Under the pieces are notes generated by a model. It saw nothing but the letters and a program-made list of their open reading frames with translations, was not told the origin of the DNA and did not search any database. A DNA stretch of 62,803 nucleotides, the filler included, from Globobulimina sp. (Eukaryota), in NCBI GenBank assembly GCA_003354225.1. It is 17 parts of 17 records of this genome, joined end to end, with 100 filler letters (N's around TTAATTAATTAA, not from the genome) between each part and the next. Parts side by side here need not be neighbours in the genome. Positions count along the whole stretch, not along the records: positions 48,119 to 51,716 come from PIVH01002436.1; positions 51,817 to 55,412 come from PIVH01002437.1; positions 55,513 to 59,108 come from PIVH01002438.1; positions 59,209 to 62,803 come from PIVH01002439.1; 13 more parts are not named here. The stretch is one strand, 5' to 3'. Below are positions 49,735-61,459 of the stretch, piece after piece (the stretch's first letter is position 1; each line of letters starts with the position of its first letter). The position numbers were made by a program, and so were the translations under genes.

Positions 49735-50795
49735 ATGTCAAGAGGAGATATTTGGAAAATATTTGGTAAGAGAATTTATTGTATCAATGTATGAAGCAGA
49801 TATGAAGCAGATTTATTGTATCAATGTATGTGCGTGAAAGAGAGGACAGATATGAAGCAGCAAAACAGACATTTGCTTCTGTTGGCTTAGCCTCCAAAGT
49901 ACAGTTTTTGCGAGTAAAAAAATCAGAACATGGAGGAAAATATGGTTGTTTTATGGCTCATTTGTCGATTATGAAAAAAAGTTTATTAAATAATGATGAT
50001 TTTGTTCTTATCTTTGAAGATGATGTAACATTTAATAATGGCTGGCAACAAATTATTATCGATTGTACCAAATTTATTGAAGTTCAACAATCAAAAGATC
50101 CAAATACAAAGTGGGATGCATTATTTTTGGGATCTCACATATTTTATCCATTATTTAAACACAAACAAATATCATCCATTTGGCAGGTCAAATGTTTCGC
50201 CACTCATTCTTATGTAGTTTCGAAACAAGGAATGCAAAAATTTCTCTCTTTTGTGGATAAGAATGGAATGGAGAATCCCAATTATTGGATTGGTAAACCA
50301 ACCCATGATCTGATAACTAATTATATGTGGTCGGCAGTGTATGCACACTGTGATAATACTGTGATTGCACAAGATCTGTCTTTAGGTTCTGACAATGTAT
50401 GGACGGCTTTACTGCCAACCACAAAGGATGGCAGTCTAACTGTTGAAGGAGAGTGGGTTCAAAATTATGGGATCAGAGGATTGATGCTTTTGGAAAATTA
50501 TCTTTGCAGAGCAAGCATGAATATACCATTTAAATTTCGTCCATTGTCACAACCGTCACTTTTTCCGTGTTATTTTCAAGAACCATTTCCAATCTTATTT
50601 GAAAATGAGAAAGAATCTGAAATTGTTGTAAAAGGTGGTATGTTTGTGGCAATATTGAGATATTTATTGTTTATTCTTGTTTTTATTCAGCAAATAATAT
50701 GGAATCCACCACAAAAGAGTCAATCCAGATGGAAAGTGTTAAAACAGTTTATTATTCTGGTAAAGAAATCATTTAAATCGGATACTGACGGATAG
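49735..50795 (+). CDS. GT25-family glycosyltransferase; 5' end disrupted by a local duplication
   Basis: RIYCINV..ERED RY, GKYGCFMAH, VLIFEDDV, WDALFLG, ATHSYVVSKQG. Confidence 0.8.
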
Positions 50796-51231
50796 TGTTT
50801 TCTGATTTAAACTTAGTAAACTTACTCCACATTTTAATAATATTAAATATTTGCGATTTGAGCCTTTTGCATTCGTAGCAAAAGATTCCGTTTGATTATT
50901 TTGTCAGTTAAACTAGCTCCTTGAGAACACCATCTTTCAAATAAATTTTGAATTACCATTATTTTGAATTACCTATATTGTTTTTACCTTTATCAGTCAC
51001 TAGAAACGGTTTGCTTATACCTTGCCCCACTAAAAATCTGACGCTGAAGTCCGGATGCTCTTATGTTTCAAAAAAGCAGAGTTTTCAAATGTTGGTTGGT
51101 CATGATAAGGAAAAAAAAAGTCATTACTCATCAAAAAAAATCTTGACAAAAAAATGAAAGAAAAAATATGAATGACAAAAAAAAAAATGAATGAATGACA
51201 AAAAAAAAATGTATGACAAAAAAAATGAATG

Positions 51232-51716
51232 ATATTTCTATAATTATCGGATTTATATTGTCTGAAAACGTTTCTATAATTCTCGGATTTTTATTAGCCA
51301 GAAAACGTTTCTCTAATTCTCGGATTTATAATGCCCGAAAACGTTTCTATAATTCTCGGATTTATAATGCCCCGAAATCGTTTCTATAGTTCTCGGATTT
51401 TTATTGCCCGGAAACGTTTCTATAATTCTCGGATTTATAATGCTCCGAAAACGTTTCTATAATTCTCGGATTTATAATGCATAACTCCTAGAGAAATCCT
51501 TAAGTAAATTCCGTGTGCCAAATTTCGTATGTCAAAACTTAATATTCTCGGAAAGCGTTTCTATAATTCTCGGAAAACGTTTCTATAATTTTCGGAAAGC
51601 GTTTCTATAATTCTCGGAAAACGTTTCTATAATTCTCGGAAAACGTTTCTATAATTCTCGGAAAGCGTTTCTATAATTCTCGGAAAACGTTTCTATAATT
51701 CTCGGAAAGCGTTTCT
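51232..51716. repeat. Minisatellite: about 36-bp units (AAACGTTTCTATAATTCTCGGATTTATAATGCCCGA) then about 8 copies of a 22-bp unit (TTCTCGGAAARCGTTTCTATAA)
   Basis: Direct reading; the array runs into the contig end. Confidence 0.92.
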
Positions 51717-51910
51717 NNNNNNNNNNNNNNNNNNNNNNNNNNNNNNNNNNNNNNNNNNNNTTAATTAATTAANNNNNNNNNNNNNNNNNNNNNNNNNNNN
51801 NNNNNNNNNNNNNNNNTTATTTCAGAAATTCCTGTTTTTTGTATGTAATCAAAAAAACTTAAAATATAATAAAAGCAATTCCAAAAAAGTTTCAAGCTCG
51901 TTACACAAAA

Positions 51911-52615
51911 ATGTGTGGTGCAGGATTTGAGAACGATTTATATCAAACAATTCAGCATTTATCATGGAAAAACAGTCTGTATTCAACTGTGCCGTTCATT
52001 AAAATGGGATTATATGCGAATGTGGCAATGTTTGAACATGACATCGACAGTAATGAGGACACGATGGTCGTGGTTGCAACTGCTGATATAAAGAAATATG
52101 AAATATTGAGTCGGCCGTTGCATTTTATGGCAAACATGTTATTGACCACAAACAGCCAATTTGATGCATTTGATATCTCTCAGTGGAGGGAAATAACAAA
52201 ATATCATTTGGCTGATAGAGAGAAAAGGATATTGGATTTGTACTGGGATAGTTTCGTGTTTGTTTATGATGAATTCGAAAAGATTCGATATGACGATGTC
52301 AGAGCTAATTTGTCAGCGCTTTTAGCATCGTCAGAATACAATGAAGTGTTATCTCAAATGTATGAAGGCTCGTTTGGACAGGAAATGGTAATCCCGTTAA
52401 TAGCAATGGGCGAAACAATAAATAGTTTGAGAGAGAAATATGGTGCATTCAGAATCTTGTTGGATTTTTTTATGAATTGGGAATTAAAGAAGGAAAGACA
52501 TGCTCGAGATGAAATACTGAGAGATCTGTTGGAAGAGAGTGGACTGAGTGGTGCTAACACTGTTATTCAAAGTATAGATGGATCAAGAAAACGAAAAAGA
52601 ATCATTTCAAATTGA
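51911..52615 (+). CDS. Hypothetical protein
   Basis: 234-codon ORF with protein-like composition; no family recognised. Confidence 0.45.
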   Translation: MCGAGFENDLYQTIQHLSWKNSLYSTVPFIKMGLYANVAMFEHDIDSNEDTMVVVATADIKKYEILSRPLHFMANMLLTTNSQFDAFDISQWREITKYHLADREKRILDLYWDSFVFVYDEFEKIRYDDVRANLSALLASSEYNEVLSQMYEGSFGQEMVIPLIAMGETINSLREKYGAFRILLDFFMNWELKKERHARDEILRDLLEESGLSGANTVIQSIDGSRKRKRIISN

Positions 52616-52649
52616 TGACACTGCGTTGACTTTTCCTTTCCCGCAGCAT

Positions 52650-53528
52650 TTAGTACCAAACTCTATATTTTGAGGGATTTACTGTATAAATTGCTGGATA
52701 ATATGTTTGATTTGGTTCAATATCATATTTTTCAATCAGTTTATTGTTTACATAGAATTTTACAGTCCATTGATTGCAATCGCATTTGACTTTGTTATAT
52801 GCCTTGCTTCGAAAGCAGTACATTTCCATAAAGTATTGATGGCCGACAGTAAGAGTCCATATTGCATGACAAGCAGTAATGCTTAAATTCTCTTTTTCAC
52901 ATTGTTTTATATCCGTTATTATTCCAATGGAATCATTGTATGAGGACCAATCAGTTGGATATACTTTTAATTTAAATATATTAATTCCCAAATTATAACC
53001 ATCTGAACAGCCAAACATTATCGGCGCCCAATATGGTGAAAATCCTTTGTATTTACCCGACGATCTAAATTGTTGTGTACTCTTTCTATGGACCAATAAG
53101 CCATGATTTTGTATGGTATTTTTATATTTCAGAGGACAACAATCAAACAAAGGAATCATTTTGCCAACATATTGCATAATTAACTCATTTATTGCTTTAT
53201 AAATAAACGTTTTCGAATTTAATATTCTTTGTTTTATATAATATTCAACAATCTGTCCATTTGTAAATGATAATAAATTCGATTGCATTTTATTATCATT
53301 TTCATCAATTTTTTGTCGTTTTTCAGCCTTTAACATTTTATTTAAAATTTTCTTAACTTTGTCTGTTTGGCTTAATCCTCTATATTTAATACCAAATGAT
53401 ATGCATTGTTGCATTAGTTTAGTTTTATCCAAATGCATTAGTTTCTTTTGTGTTGCTTTTTCATCAATACATCCATTCACAAGAACAGCTGTTTTATTCC
53501 TTTTTGATTTCTTAGTAGTTTGCGACAT
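52650..53528 (-). CDS. Hypothetical protein with SPRY/B30.2-like C-terminal domain
   Basis: GYNLGINIFKLK, DSIGII, DCNQWTVKFYVN, IEPNQTYYPAI resemble protist SPRY-like domains. Confidence 0.5.
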   Translation of the reverse strand: MSQTTKKSKRNKTAVLVNGCIDEKATQKKLMHLDKTKLMQQCISFGIKYRGLSQTDKVKKILNKMLKAEKRQKIDENDNKMQSNLLSFTNGQIVEYYIKQRILNSKTFIYKAINELIMQYVGKMIPLFDCCPLKYKNTIQNHGLLVHRKSTQQFRSSGKYKGFSPYWAPIMFGCSDGYNLGINIFKLKVYPTDWSSYNDSIGIITDIKQCEKENLSITACHAIWTLTVGHQYFMEMYCFRSKAYNKVKCDCNQWTVKFYVNNKLIEKYDIEPNQTYYPAIYTVNPSKYRVWY

Positions 53529-53618
53529 TATGCTCTGCTTTTTTTTTTCATATAAATATAAAAGATAAGAATCAACAAAAAAAGAAACGGAAAAACAAAT
53601 TAAAGTGAAACAAATTAA

Positions 53619-54389
53619 TTAGTTTGACAATGCGTCACAAACAGAAATAACATTATTGCAAAAATCTGCATTTACATATTTCCTCCACCCAAATGAGACA
53701 ATAATACAATCCTTGAGGTACCACGATGCCTTTTTATTCCATTTGTAGAATTTGCAAGAATTTAAAAAAATATTTAACAAATATCCACATAAAATAACAC
53801 ATTCATTTTCCGCGCAACATTGCAAGATAAAAATTATTCGTCGCAGATACTTATTCTGTTTAAAATTGTCGTATGTCGCTAAGCATATTCCTTTGTTGAC
53901 TCTCACACTTTGGCCTAAGAACAATATAATAATATCCGTGAATTCCTGCGCAACACTTTTGAATAGAAAAGATTTCGACGGATAGTTTCTTTCATTTTCA
54001 TCCTCTTCATCAAAAACCTCATAATATGTTTTTTCAATGTTATCAATGTACTGCGCGTACAACACTTCAATTTCTTGTGATTTTGAGAAACGAACAGCAC
54101 ATTTCCTGTCGATCCAATTGCAATACCGATCATTATCTAAATGCACTTCCAAGACTGCAGTGGATAATAGTTTGGTGTAATATAAATGCTCATTGTTATT
54201 CATTGCATATTTAAAGGAGAGGTTCCATTGAGAACATATTCGACAAATACGATGCAAATCCATCAAATCATTGCAAATATACAAACTCACTTCAGCTAAT
54301 AAATCAGATGGGAAATATTTCCATCCCGCTGCATGCAAATTCGGCGCAAAGTTATAATTATTAATAATATTCTGTGTTGCCAGTGTCAT
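53619..54389 (-). CDS. Hypothetical protein with F-box-like N-terminal motif
   Basis: FPSDLLAEVSLYI..DLHRICRICSQWN. Confidence 0.5.
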   Translation of the reverse strand: MTLATQNIINNYNFAPNLHAAGWKYFPSDLLAEVSLYICNDLMDLHRICRICSQWNLSFKYAMNNNEHLYYTKLLSTAVLEVHLDNDRYCNWIDRKCAVRFSKSQEIEVLYAQYIDNIEKTYYEVFDEEDENERNYPSKSFLFKSVAQEFTDIIILFLGQSVRVNKGICLATYDNFKQNKYLRRIIFILQCCAENECVILCGYLLNIFLNSCKFYKWNKKASWYLKDCIIVSFGWRKYVNADFCNNVISVCDALSN

Positions 54390-54421
54390 TTTAACTGAGA
54401 GTAAAGTTTTCTGTCATTTAG

Positions 54422-55412
54422 TTATAGTAATTTGCAGTTATTTGTTTTCAGCATTTTCTGTAACAACTCATCATTCCACCAATTTTCAAAGCATTTCCCA
54501 TCAAAACTTCTAAACGTATTTTCAACCTCTTTGCAGCATTCCATTGTTGATTTAGGACCAATTATATTGGAAAACGTTTGGATGACATCAATGTATCTAT
54601 TCTGTTGAAACCATACTGATTCTAAAACGAATCTAATATCACAAATTAATTTTATTTTATTATTTTGTGGATGTATCAATATTGAATAACAGCTCAAATA
54701 CCGATAATTTCCGAACATTTCATGTGTCTTTTTCTTTGTAATCCTATTTACGACATAACACAACCGAAATAATTTATTTTTCAATGATAATTCTTTCAAT
54801 GTCGCAAATGCTTTGATCATATTTTCAATGTTTGAAAATATTACACAGCAACGAATTATATCCATATAATTCATTTTAGTTGTTTCATTTTCTAAAGTCT
54901 CCATCATCACACTGCAGATATTTGTATTATTAAAAATAAAAAAAACGCAAAAACAAAGAAAGATACACTGAGCTGATATGGCGTAATTGAGGATGGTCCA
55001 AATTGATAATAAAACTGTTTAAGATTTGATTCAATAAAAGAATCCAAAATTGGTTTAATTTTACCACTAATTTTCAGTAAAAAATCTGAATATATTTCTT
55101 CCACGTTTTTGCTTGATTTAATTTCCAGAGATAACGGATTTAGCCAGTATTCATTACATTGTTTAATATAAATATCATACTCAAAGACATTATTTGTAAT
55201 AAATAAGCATTTTCCCAACACGTCAACATCATTTTGTCGCATTACTAATCTTCCCGTATTTATTTTGAATATGTTTTCAATCATTTTATTTTCTATAATT
55301 TCATCATAAATCGTATTATACTCAGATTCAATGCGTTTTAATTCAAATTTAAAACATTTCATAACGTTACCAATCAAAAACTGTTTGTCACATTCATGCA
55401 ATGAATCCATCC
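54422..55412 (-). CDS. Degenerate RelA/SpoT-like (NTase-fold) domain protein; two ORFs probably one gene
   Basis: FGP, DIIRCCVIF, YVVNRI, GNYRYL, LICDIRF follow the spacing of D..R / KN / GYR / E.Q; the splice junction was not resolved. Confidence 0.4.
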
Positions 55413-55512
55413 NNNNNNNNNNNNNNNNNNNNNNNNNNNNNNNNNNNNNNNNNNNNTTAATTAATTAANNNNNNNNNNNNNNNNNNNNNNNNNNNNNNNN
55501 NNNNNNNNNNNN

Positions 55513-55850
55513 AAAGAGGCGCCCCCACGCAAAAACTTTATTTTTAGAAACACGTTCACAGGCACGATTTTATTGACTTCTGATAAAATACTATTACAAA
55601 CAACACCATGATACACCGCACCTGTTATTGCGAATTTCTTTTGAAAATACAATTTTGGAACTTCAAAAGTATCATAATACGACGCAGCCTTTATATCGTA
55701 AGACAAGCCTAAACCACCTAAGCTATAAACATATTGTCTTTTAATTGCTTTATCTTTCGGTATTTTTCTTCCTGAAATATCACATCTAACACATTTCACA
55801 TTTCCTCTGTTATGCCGATTTTTGCCACCGTTGCGTCTTTTTTTTGGCAT
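55513..55850 (-). CDS. RPS26: 40S ribosomal protein eS26, divergent (3' truncated or intron)
   Basis: MPKKRRNGGKNRHNRG.V..VRC, PKDKAIKR, DIKAAS, VPKLY. Confidence 0.9.
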
Positions 55851-55904
55851 TATTTGGAATATAACTCAAGTTTTTTCTGTCAAGTGAGCTCTCTAAAAAA
55901 AAGC

Positions 55905-57306
55905 ATGTCCTTTTCAGATGAAGGAAAAGAAAACGATGGAATTGCAGTCATTGCAGCCGGCCATGACTTTAAAAAAAGACTCATCTTTATCCGTCATGGC
56001 AATTCCATATGGAACAAGATGAAAGCTGGAGGTACAAAATCTAAAATATCAGCGCTAGGCCAAGGCGTCTTAGAATTCGCCAAAACCAGTTATTATGACA
56101 CAGCATCGCATAAAACATCAACTGTAATGGACGCGCCCTTATCAGATATTGGCATCACACAATGCAAGGATTTGTATACTTTCTTGCCAACAAAATGCAA
56201 CCAATTACAAAAAGATTTGCTCTCTGCAACGAATTATCTCAACGCGTATAAAAAATGTAATCAATACATAACGCAATCATCGTCTTTAATAAATAACATA
56301 TTATTACCAATCAATAACAATCGCAATGAAAACAATGATGAGTCGCAAGCAGATTTATATGCGATACAAGATTTATTAAATAAAAGCAAACTGGAAATCG
56401 CAAATTCCATTTCAGAGTTCAATGATAATAAAGTCATGGCTGATGTCGCCGAATTGGAGAGGTTGTTGTCCATAATTTGTGTGCTGACCACGTCAAGCAA
56501 TGACAGCATAATATGTTTGCAGTAATTTGCGCCGAGCCATATCAACCTCAATCATTGCGCTGTGGCATAGATTCGAAGCGAATAAGAACGAGAACTTGTA
56601 TATGTTGCACTGTCTACAAGAACTTGGTTGTGATTCTATAGTTCACTGCGTATATTTGTACATGATTATGTTTTGTGTGTTAGGTTATGGCGTTGATTGT
56701 ATTTCACATAATGACACTGGGAAAGTTGCCAAAGAGTCGCATTTGAATAACTTTGTCAAAGGGTTTAACAATTTGGTGACAACGGGGTCGTTACAACAAC
56801 AATCCGACACAGCGCAGAGCGATGAAATAGAAAAGATTCCTTTGTCGCAATTTGAGGAAGAATGCGCCGAATTGAACATGTTAAATCATAGGAAATCGTA
56901 TATAAATTCGCAGAAAATGCGGCTATTTTATGCAAAACGACTAAAAACAATGGATGTTAATACGAAATTAGCACAAATGTCTGCATCGAGGTTGAAAATA
57001 AAAAATAAACAAGAAAATAGGAAAGAATCTGATAAAAAAATTGAGTTGTTTATGGATTGGGTATTTAATGATAAACAAAATGAAAATATTCACACTTTCG
57101 TAGTGATTGGACACAGTAATTGGATGAAAGCTTTTTTTAATAAATATTTAGATGGAGTTTATCATGATTTTAAACGGAGTAAAATTAAAAATTGTGGTGT
57201 TGTTTCATTGGATATTTATCGGAATTACCGTTTTAAAAAAAATAAAGTTAATCAATATACGATTATGGCCGAAACTATTACCTCCATTTACGAGGGCAGT
57301 TTGTGA
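55905..57306 (+). CDS. Histidine phosphatase (PGAM-like) superfamily protein; 1-nt frameshift near 56515 and intron about 56627-56683
   Basis: LIFIRHGNSIWN, DAPLSDIGITQC, (C)SNLRRAIST in the shifted frame, VVIGHSNW. Confidence 0.8.
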
Positions 57307-57402
57307 CGTTTTATACATGCTTTATTCTAATTATTGCTCAACGTATTTGTATTTTGCTTGTGTAAGTCACTAAGTTCACTAAGTCGCCATAATAGTCCCT
57401 TG

Positions 57403-57621
57403 ATGTCAGGACTTGTTCCAGACGGTTATGAATGTTGCACAAGGATGGGATTTTATTGTTGGAACCCTTCATCCAGCGCCTTCTGGTGGGGATGTTTAGG
57501 ATATGCAATATTCGGCGCTGTTGCTGCTCTAATTTGTTTCTTTGCGTTCGGCTCTAGAAATAGACCGTATGTTATATGCATATCACCACACAATGATATC
57601 AGTCATACACCAACATATTAG
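57403..57621 (+). CDS. Small Cys-containing membrane protein, probable first exon
   Basis: MSGLVPDGYECCTRMGFYCW followed by a TM helix; likely intron after about 57567. Confidence 0.3.
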   Translation: MSGLVPDGYECCTRMGFYCWNPSSSAFWWGCLGYAIFGAVAALICFFAFGSRNRPYVICISPHNDISHTPTY

Positions 57622-58134
57622 GGTCGCTGTCCATTCTGCCATCATAGGAACTGTTTGTTTATGGATTATGTATGTTGTTACATTGAAAAGTAACCGCAAA
57701 AACGCAGTTTAATATGAAACTAATACCGCTGTATAAATAGGTGGGCAATGACATGGTTGTCACAATGGCATCCCTTGGCTTATCCACAATATACGCCAGA
57801 AGAGGATGAATCGGGCAATGCGTTCAATGGATCATATATTGATTGTTGTTAAGTATTATTTAATATCAATTTTATATGGAAATCCACGTTAATTATCATA
57901 CAGTAAACACAAGCACCGTAGATACTATTTATTGGTTAGGAGACGGTTCAACATCGTCATAATCGACAGTAACAATCATGTACACGCACAATATTGTTAT
58001 CAGTTGTCAATTATCAATGCCTTTTAATTATTATACATGCAAATTTGATGGCAAATTATCATTGTTAACATCCTTGCACTTAAGCTTGGCATTTAACATT
58101 TTAACAAGTTTTTTTTTTTTAAATGTCATTTTCA

Positions 58135-58966
58135 TCACAACTTGGCAAGATATTGAATGTCTTTCTCAGCATAAATGGCAGGTGCTTCCACATTATTGGA
58201 CTCAATCTCATTTGCTTCCGCATCATAAATCATCGCCTTTGCCACCTGTTGTACAGGCGTACCGGCTACAATATAACCAAATAGTTTTTCAGGTAATCTG
58301 CGTCTATCTCCACGATTTAACAAACCCGGCCTAAAAATAGAAGTTCGCTCAAATCCTAAATTAATAATTTCGTTTTCAACCTGACCTTTACTCTTCATAT
58401 ACAACAATGGATGGAATATTTTCCAATCGTTTGCCCAAACATTTGCATTTGCGCCGCCTGCTGTCAATAAACTGAAATGTGCGATTCCTGCTTTTTTAGA
58501 TGCCATGGCAGAATCTCGTACCATTCCGATATCAACCTATAAATGTTTCTGATCAGAACTATAAATTACACAAAAACGAAATTAGAAACAAAACTTTACG
58601 CCAATTCTCTGCGGTTTTAGCAATATCTCGCGTGGTCCCCAAGGTACAAAATGTCACATCATGATTGTCAAATAATTTTATATTGTCATCGATGAGCAAC
58701 TGTTCCATGTCAACAATATGTTGATTTAATTTCGATTTTTGTTGTTTTGTTAATTTCATTGTTGAGATATCCAATAATCTCCGATGAATTATAGTCACTT
58801 TACCCCATTCATTGGATTGCAATAATTGTTCTACCAATGTGGTTCCAGTGGCGCCTGTTGCACCAATTACGACCGCACTACGATGCATGTTTCCAAATAA
58901 AATGTGTTGTCTGAGTGGATTGGTAATGCCTGGCTTCTGATTGTAGTAATAAGCAAATCCAACCAC
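58135..58966 (-). CDS. HTATIP2: TIP30/HTATIP2-like NAD(P)-binding oxidoreductase (intron about 58537-58598)
   Basis: AVVIGATGATG, FCTLGTTR, HFSLLTAGGAN, LYMKSKGQVE..LGFERTSIFRPGLL. Confidence 0.85.
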
Positions 58967-59208
58967 TATACCAACACTTAAAAGTGTACAAAGGTTAAAT
59001 AAATAAGAAGAAATTTCAAGTTCAAAGCGACGGTATGAAACTGAACTGTTTTTTGCATTGCAAGTAGCAGAATTGACTAAACGATATATTCCAAAAGATA
59101 ACCCCCCCNNNNNNNNNNNNNNNNNNNNNNNNNNNNNNNNNNNNNNNNNNNNTTAATTAATTAANNNNNNNNNNNNNNNNNNNNNNNNNNNNNNNNNNNN
59201 NNNNNNNN

Positions 59209-60771
59209 AAAATAGCAAAACGAGATCCTCCCAAACCGAAAGCGCCAGTAAAACATAAGAAATCTAAGAAGAAAAAGAGCAAAAAAAAACATAAATCCAA
59301 GAAACATAAAGTCAAACACAAAAAGAAAAAAGCATTCCGATTAAAGACCAAACCAAAACCATCCACATTAAAAAAGCCATCTACGTTACGTACAAAGCCT
59401 GCGGTAAAACCTGTGGCTAAACCGGTCGTTCAACTTGTGGTTAAACCCATGATTAAACCACAAAACAACGTCATTAAACCAACGAAAATATCCCACACAA
59501 AAACCGCACCAAGAATAATGGAACAAAATACCTCGCCAATGCCAACAATATCAGCCCCCACACCCTCACCCTCCCCACCTGCCATTTTATTGAATAAAAT
59601 GCAAGATCAAGAAATGAGTGATACCGAATCAATAAACTCAGCGATGTTGGATGCATCGCCCTTTCTTAAGCCGCAGCCGCATGTCTCATTTATGGATCAC
59701 GTGCCGTCGCCACCTCCCTTTTCGTTTGATGACAATTGTTCTGTCAACACGTCCACTACGACCCTTAGTACATTGACCACAATGTCTATGGCTTTCAATG
59801 GACGCAATCCCGCTGCATTGTGTAAGCCAAAAATTGTCAAACACAATAATCCATTTAATAAGGATGACTTTAAGGATACAGAGGCGAACGATATGGAAGA
59901 AAATAAACCCTTTACACTTTTTAAAATACCCAAAATAGCAAAAAAAAGCACACCAGCGGTGGTTAATGAGTCTCTTAAAATCACTGCAGACTCTGATGAC
60001 GACGATGATGATTTAGTTAAAAAACAAATACAAGACGCACATAAAAGGGAAATAGCAGAGCGAGTACGTCGACAAAAAGAGCTCCAGCTCAAGAAAGAAA
60101 AGGAGAAACAAGAGAAAGCAAAACAAGATCAGCTACGAAAACAAAAAGAAAAAATCAAACAACAGCAACAATTACTTGTACAGCAAAAACAAAAACAAAT
60201 GGAGAAAATTAAAAAAACCAAACCAAACACCAAAAATAAACGATTTACACTCAAATTGAAACGCACCTCATCCCACAGCACAGTCAGCAAAGGAGCACCG
60301 TTGAAAGCAGTCTCGTCCATTCTTGTTGTGCCCACTGCAACGGCCCAAATCAAAGTTGTCCGACCGGTTATACCTCGTGGACCTAATTTTGGCGATCATC
60401 TATTAAAAGCCAAACGTGCATTGACTGTCTATCGCGAATTTAAACGCTCGGCCACGGGCAAATTATTTGAAAATGAAAATGTTTTGAATGGCAGATTTGG
60501 TATTCATTTATCGGAATTACTTAAACATAACACATACAGCAATCGATTAATACCATATGCCATCGACAAACAACAATTTATTAATTTGCCGCTCGATTTG
60601 CAAACATTTTGTCATAAATTGTTTGATTTCTGCGCCTTATCCAATAATAATAACAGCAATATGCTGAGCATTAAGGTAGTACCGGAACTAAGCAGCACTA
60701 TGAATATTAACTGTACGAACTTCAAACTTCTCATGAATGTATATCATATCAATGTGTTTGTGTGTGGTTAA
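59209..60771 (+). CDS. Low-complexity Lys/Pro-rich coiled-coil protein (5' truncated)
   Basis: Long open frame from the contig start; no domain recognised. Confidence 0.5.
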   Translation, partial: KIAKRDPPKPKAPVKHKKSKKKKSKKKHKSKKHKVKHKKKKAFRLKTKPKPSTLKKPSTLRTKPAVKPVAKPVVQLVVKPMIKPQNNVIKPTKISHTKTAPRIMEQNTSPMPTISAPTPSPSPPAILLNKMQDQEMSDTESINSAMLDASPFLKPQPHVSFMDHVPSPPPFSFDDNCSVNTSTTTLSTLTTMSMAFNGRNPAALCKPKIVKHNNPFNKDDFKDTEANDMEENKPFTLFKIPKIAKKSTPAVVNESLKITADSDDDDDDLVKKQIQDAHKREIAERVRRQKELQLKKEKEKQEKAKQDQLRKQKEKIKQQQQLLVQQKQKQMEKIKKTKPNTKNKRFTLKLKRTSSHSTVSKGAPLKAVSSILVVPTATAQIKVVRPVIPRGPNFGDHLLKAKRALTVYREFKRSATGKLFENENVLNGRFGIHLSELLKHNTYSNRLIPYAIDKQQFINLPLDLQTFCHKLFDFCALSNNNNSNMLSIKVVPELSSTMNINCTNFKLLMNVYHINVFVCG

Positions 60772-61211
60772 TATGAATTAATTCTGTGTGCTATATCTCT
60801 TGGTACAGGTCCATTTTTTTGATGGCTTTTTACGTGTTTTCGCAAAATGAGTATGTACTCATTGTCGGTTCTATTCATGGATTTGTGCAATTTATGAAGA
60901 ATTAAACCATATTTTCTTCTCAACAAATCATTGGTGTTACATACTACGGCAAAATACGCAAATAATAATACCATATATTCGTGTTGCAATGCGTTATACC
61001 ATTCATGTGTTTGTATGTCCGTAGCACTAAATGTTAGATTTTTACATAAAATACATTCATATTATTCAAACATATTCAATGGCTTGTTATGAGAATTATT
61101 AATGTATCCTCTATTGTTTGGCACCATGTAACAATTAGAAGATCAAAATAGTTCTTTTATGGTTGCCATTGACTGATTTTAGAACTGTACTTACAAAAGT
61201 TTTTGAAATGT

Positions 61212-61432
61212 TTAATGTAAAGGTCTGTCATCGCTGTAAACACCATCTGGCGCTGGAAATTTTCTCCTTACCTCCGATACATAGTCATCCGGTATAGACG
61301 TTCTTTGCCTAAATCCTAAATAATCCGCATAAACGTCATAACAATAATAACGTCTACTTTCCATTGGTTCATTTCGTAACCTTGCTGCTCTTTTTTGTAT
61401 TCTCAATCTAGTTACCGGTGATATATATGTCT
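61212..61432 (-). CDS. KolX / P2X7-ballast-like C-terminal mini-domain
   Basis: RRYYCYDVYADYLGFRQRTSIPDDYVSEVRRKFPAPDGVYS matches the recalled R..AY...LG..R..IP.C.V..IR..FP...G.Y consensus of KolX/ballast. Confidence 0.65.
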
Positions 61433-61459
61433 CTATATATCAATCAACAAAACAAGAAT

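Noticed and set aside
51232-51716. CRISPR array
   Set aside because: Inter-repeat segments are 0-13 nt and resemble each other, so there are no unique spacers; no cas genes; eukaryotic context. It is a minisatellite.
3604-59208. Regularly spaced TTAATTAATTAA as a biological repeat or TTAA target-site duplication; gene clusters spanning spacers
   Set aside because: It is always centred in N runs between length-sorted contigs, so it is a concatenation linker. Neighbours across spacers are unlinked.
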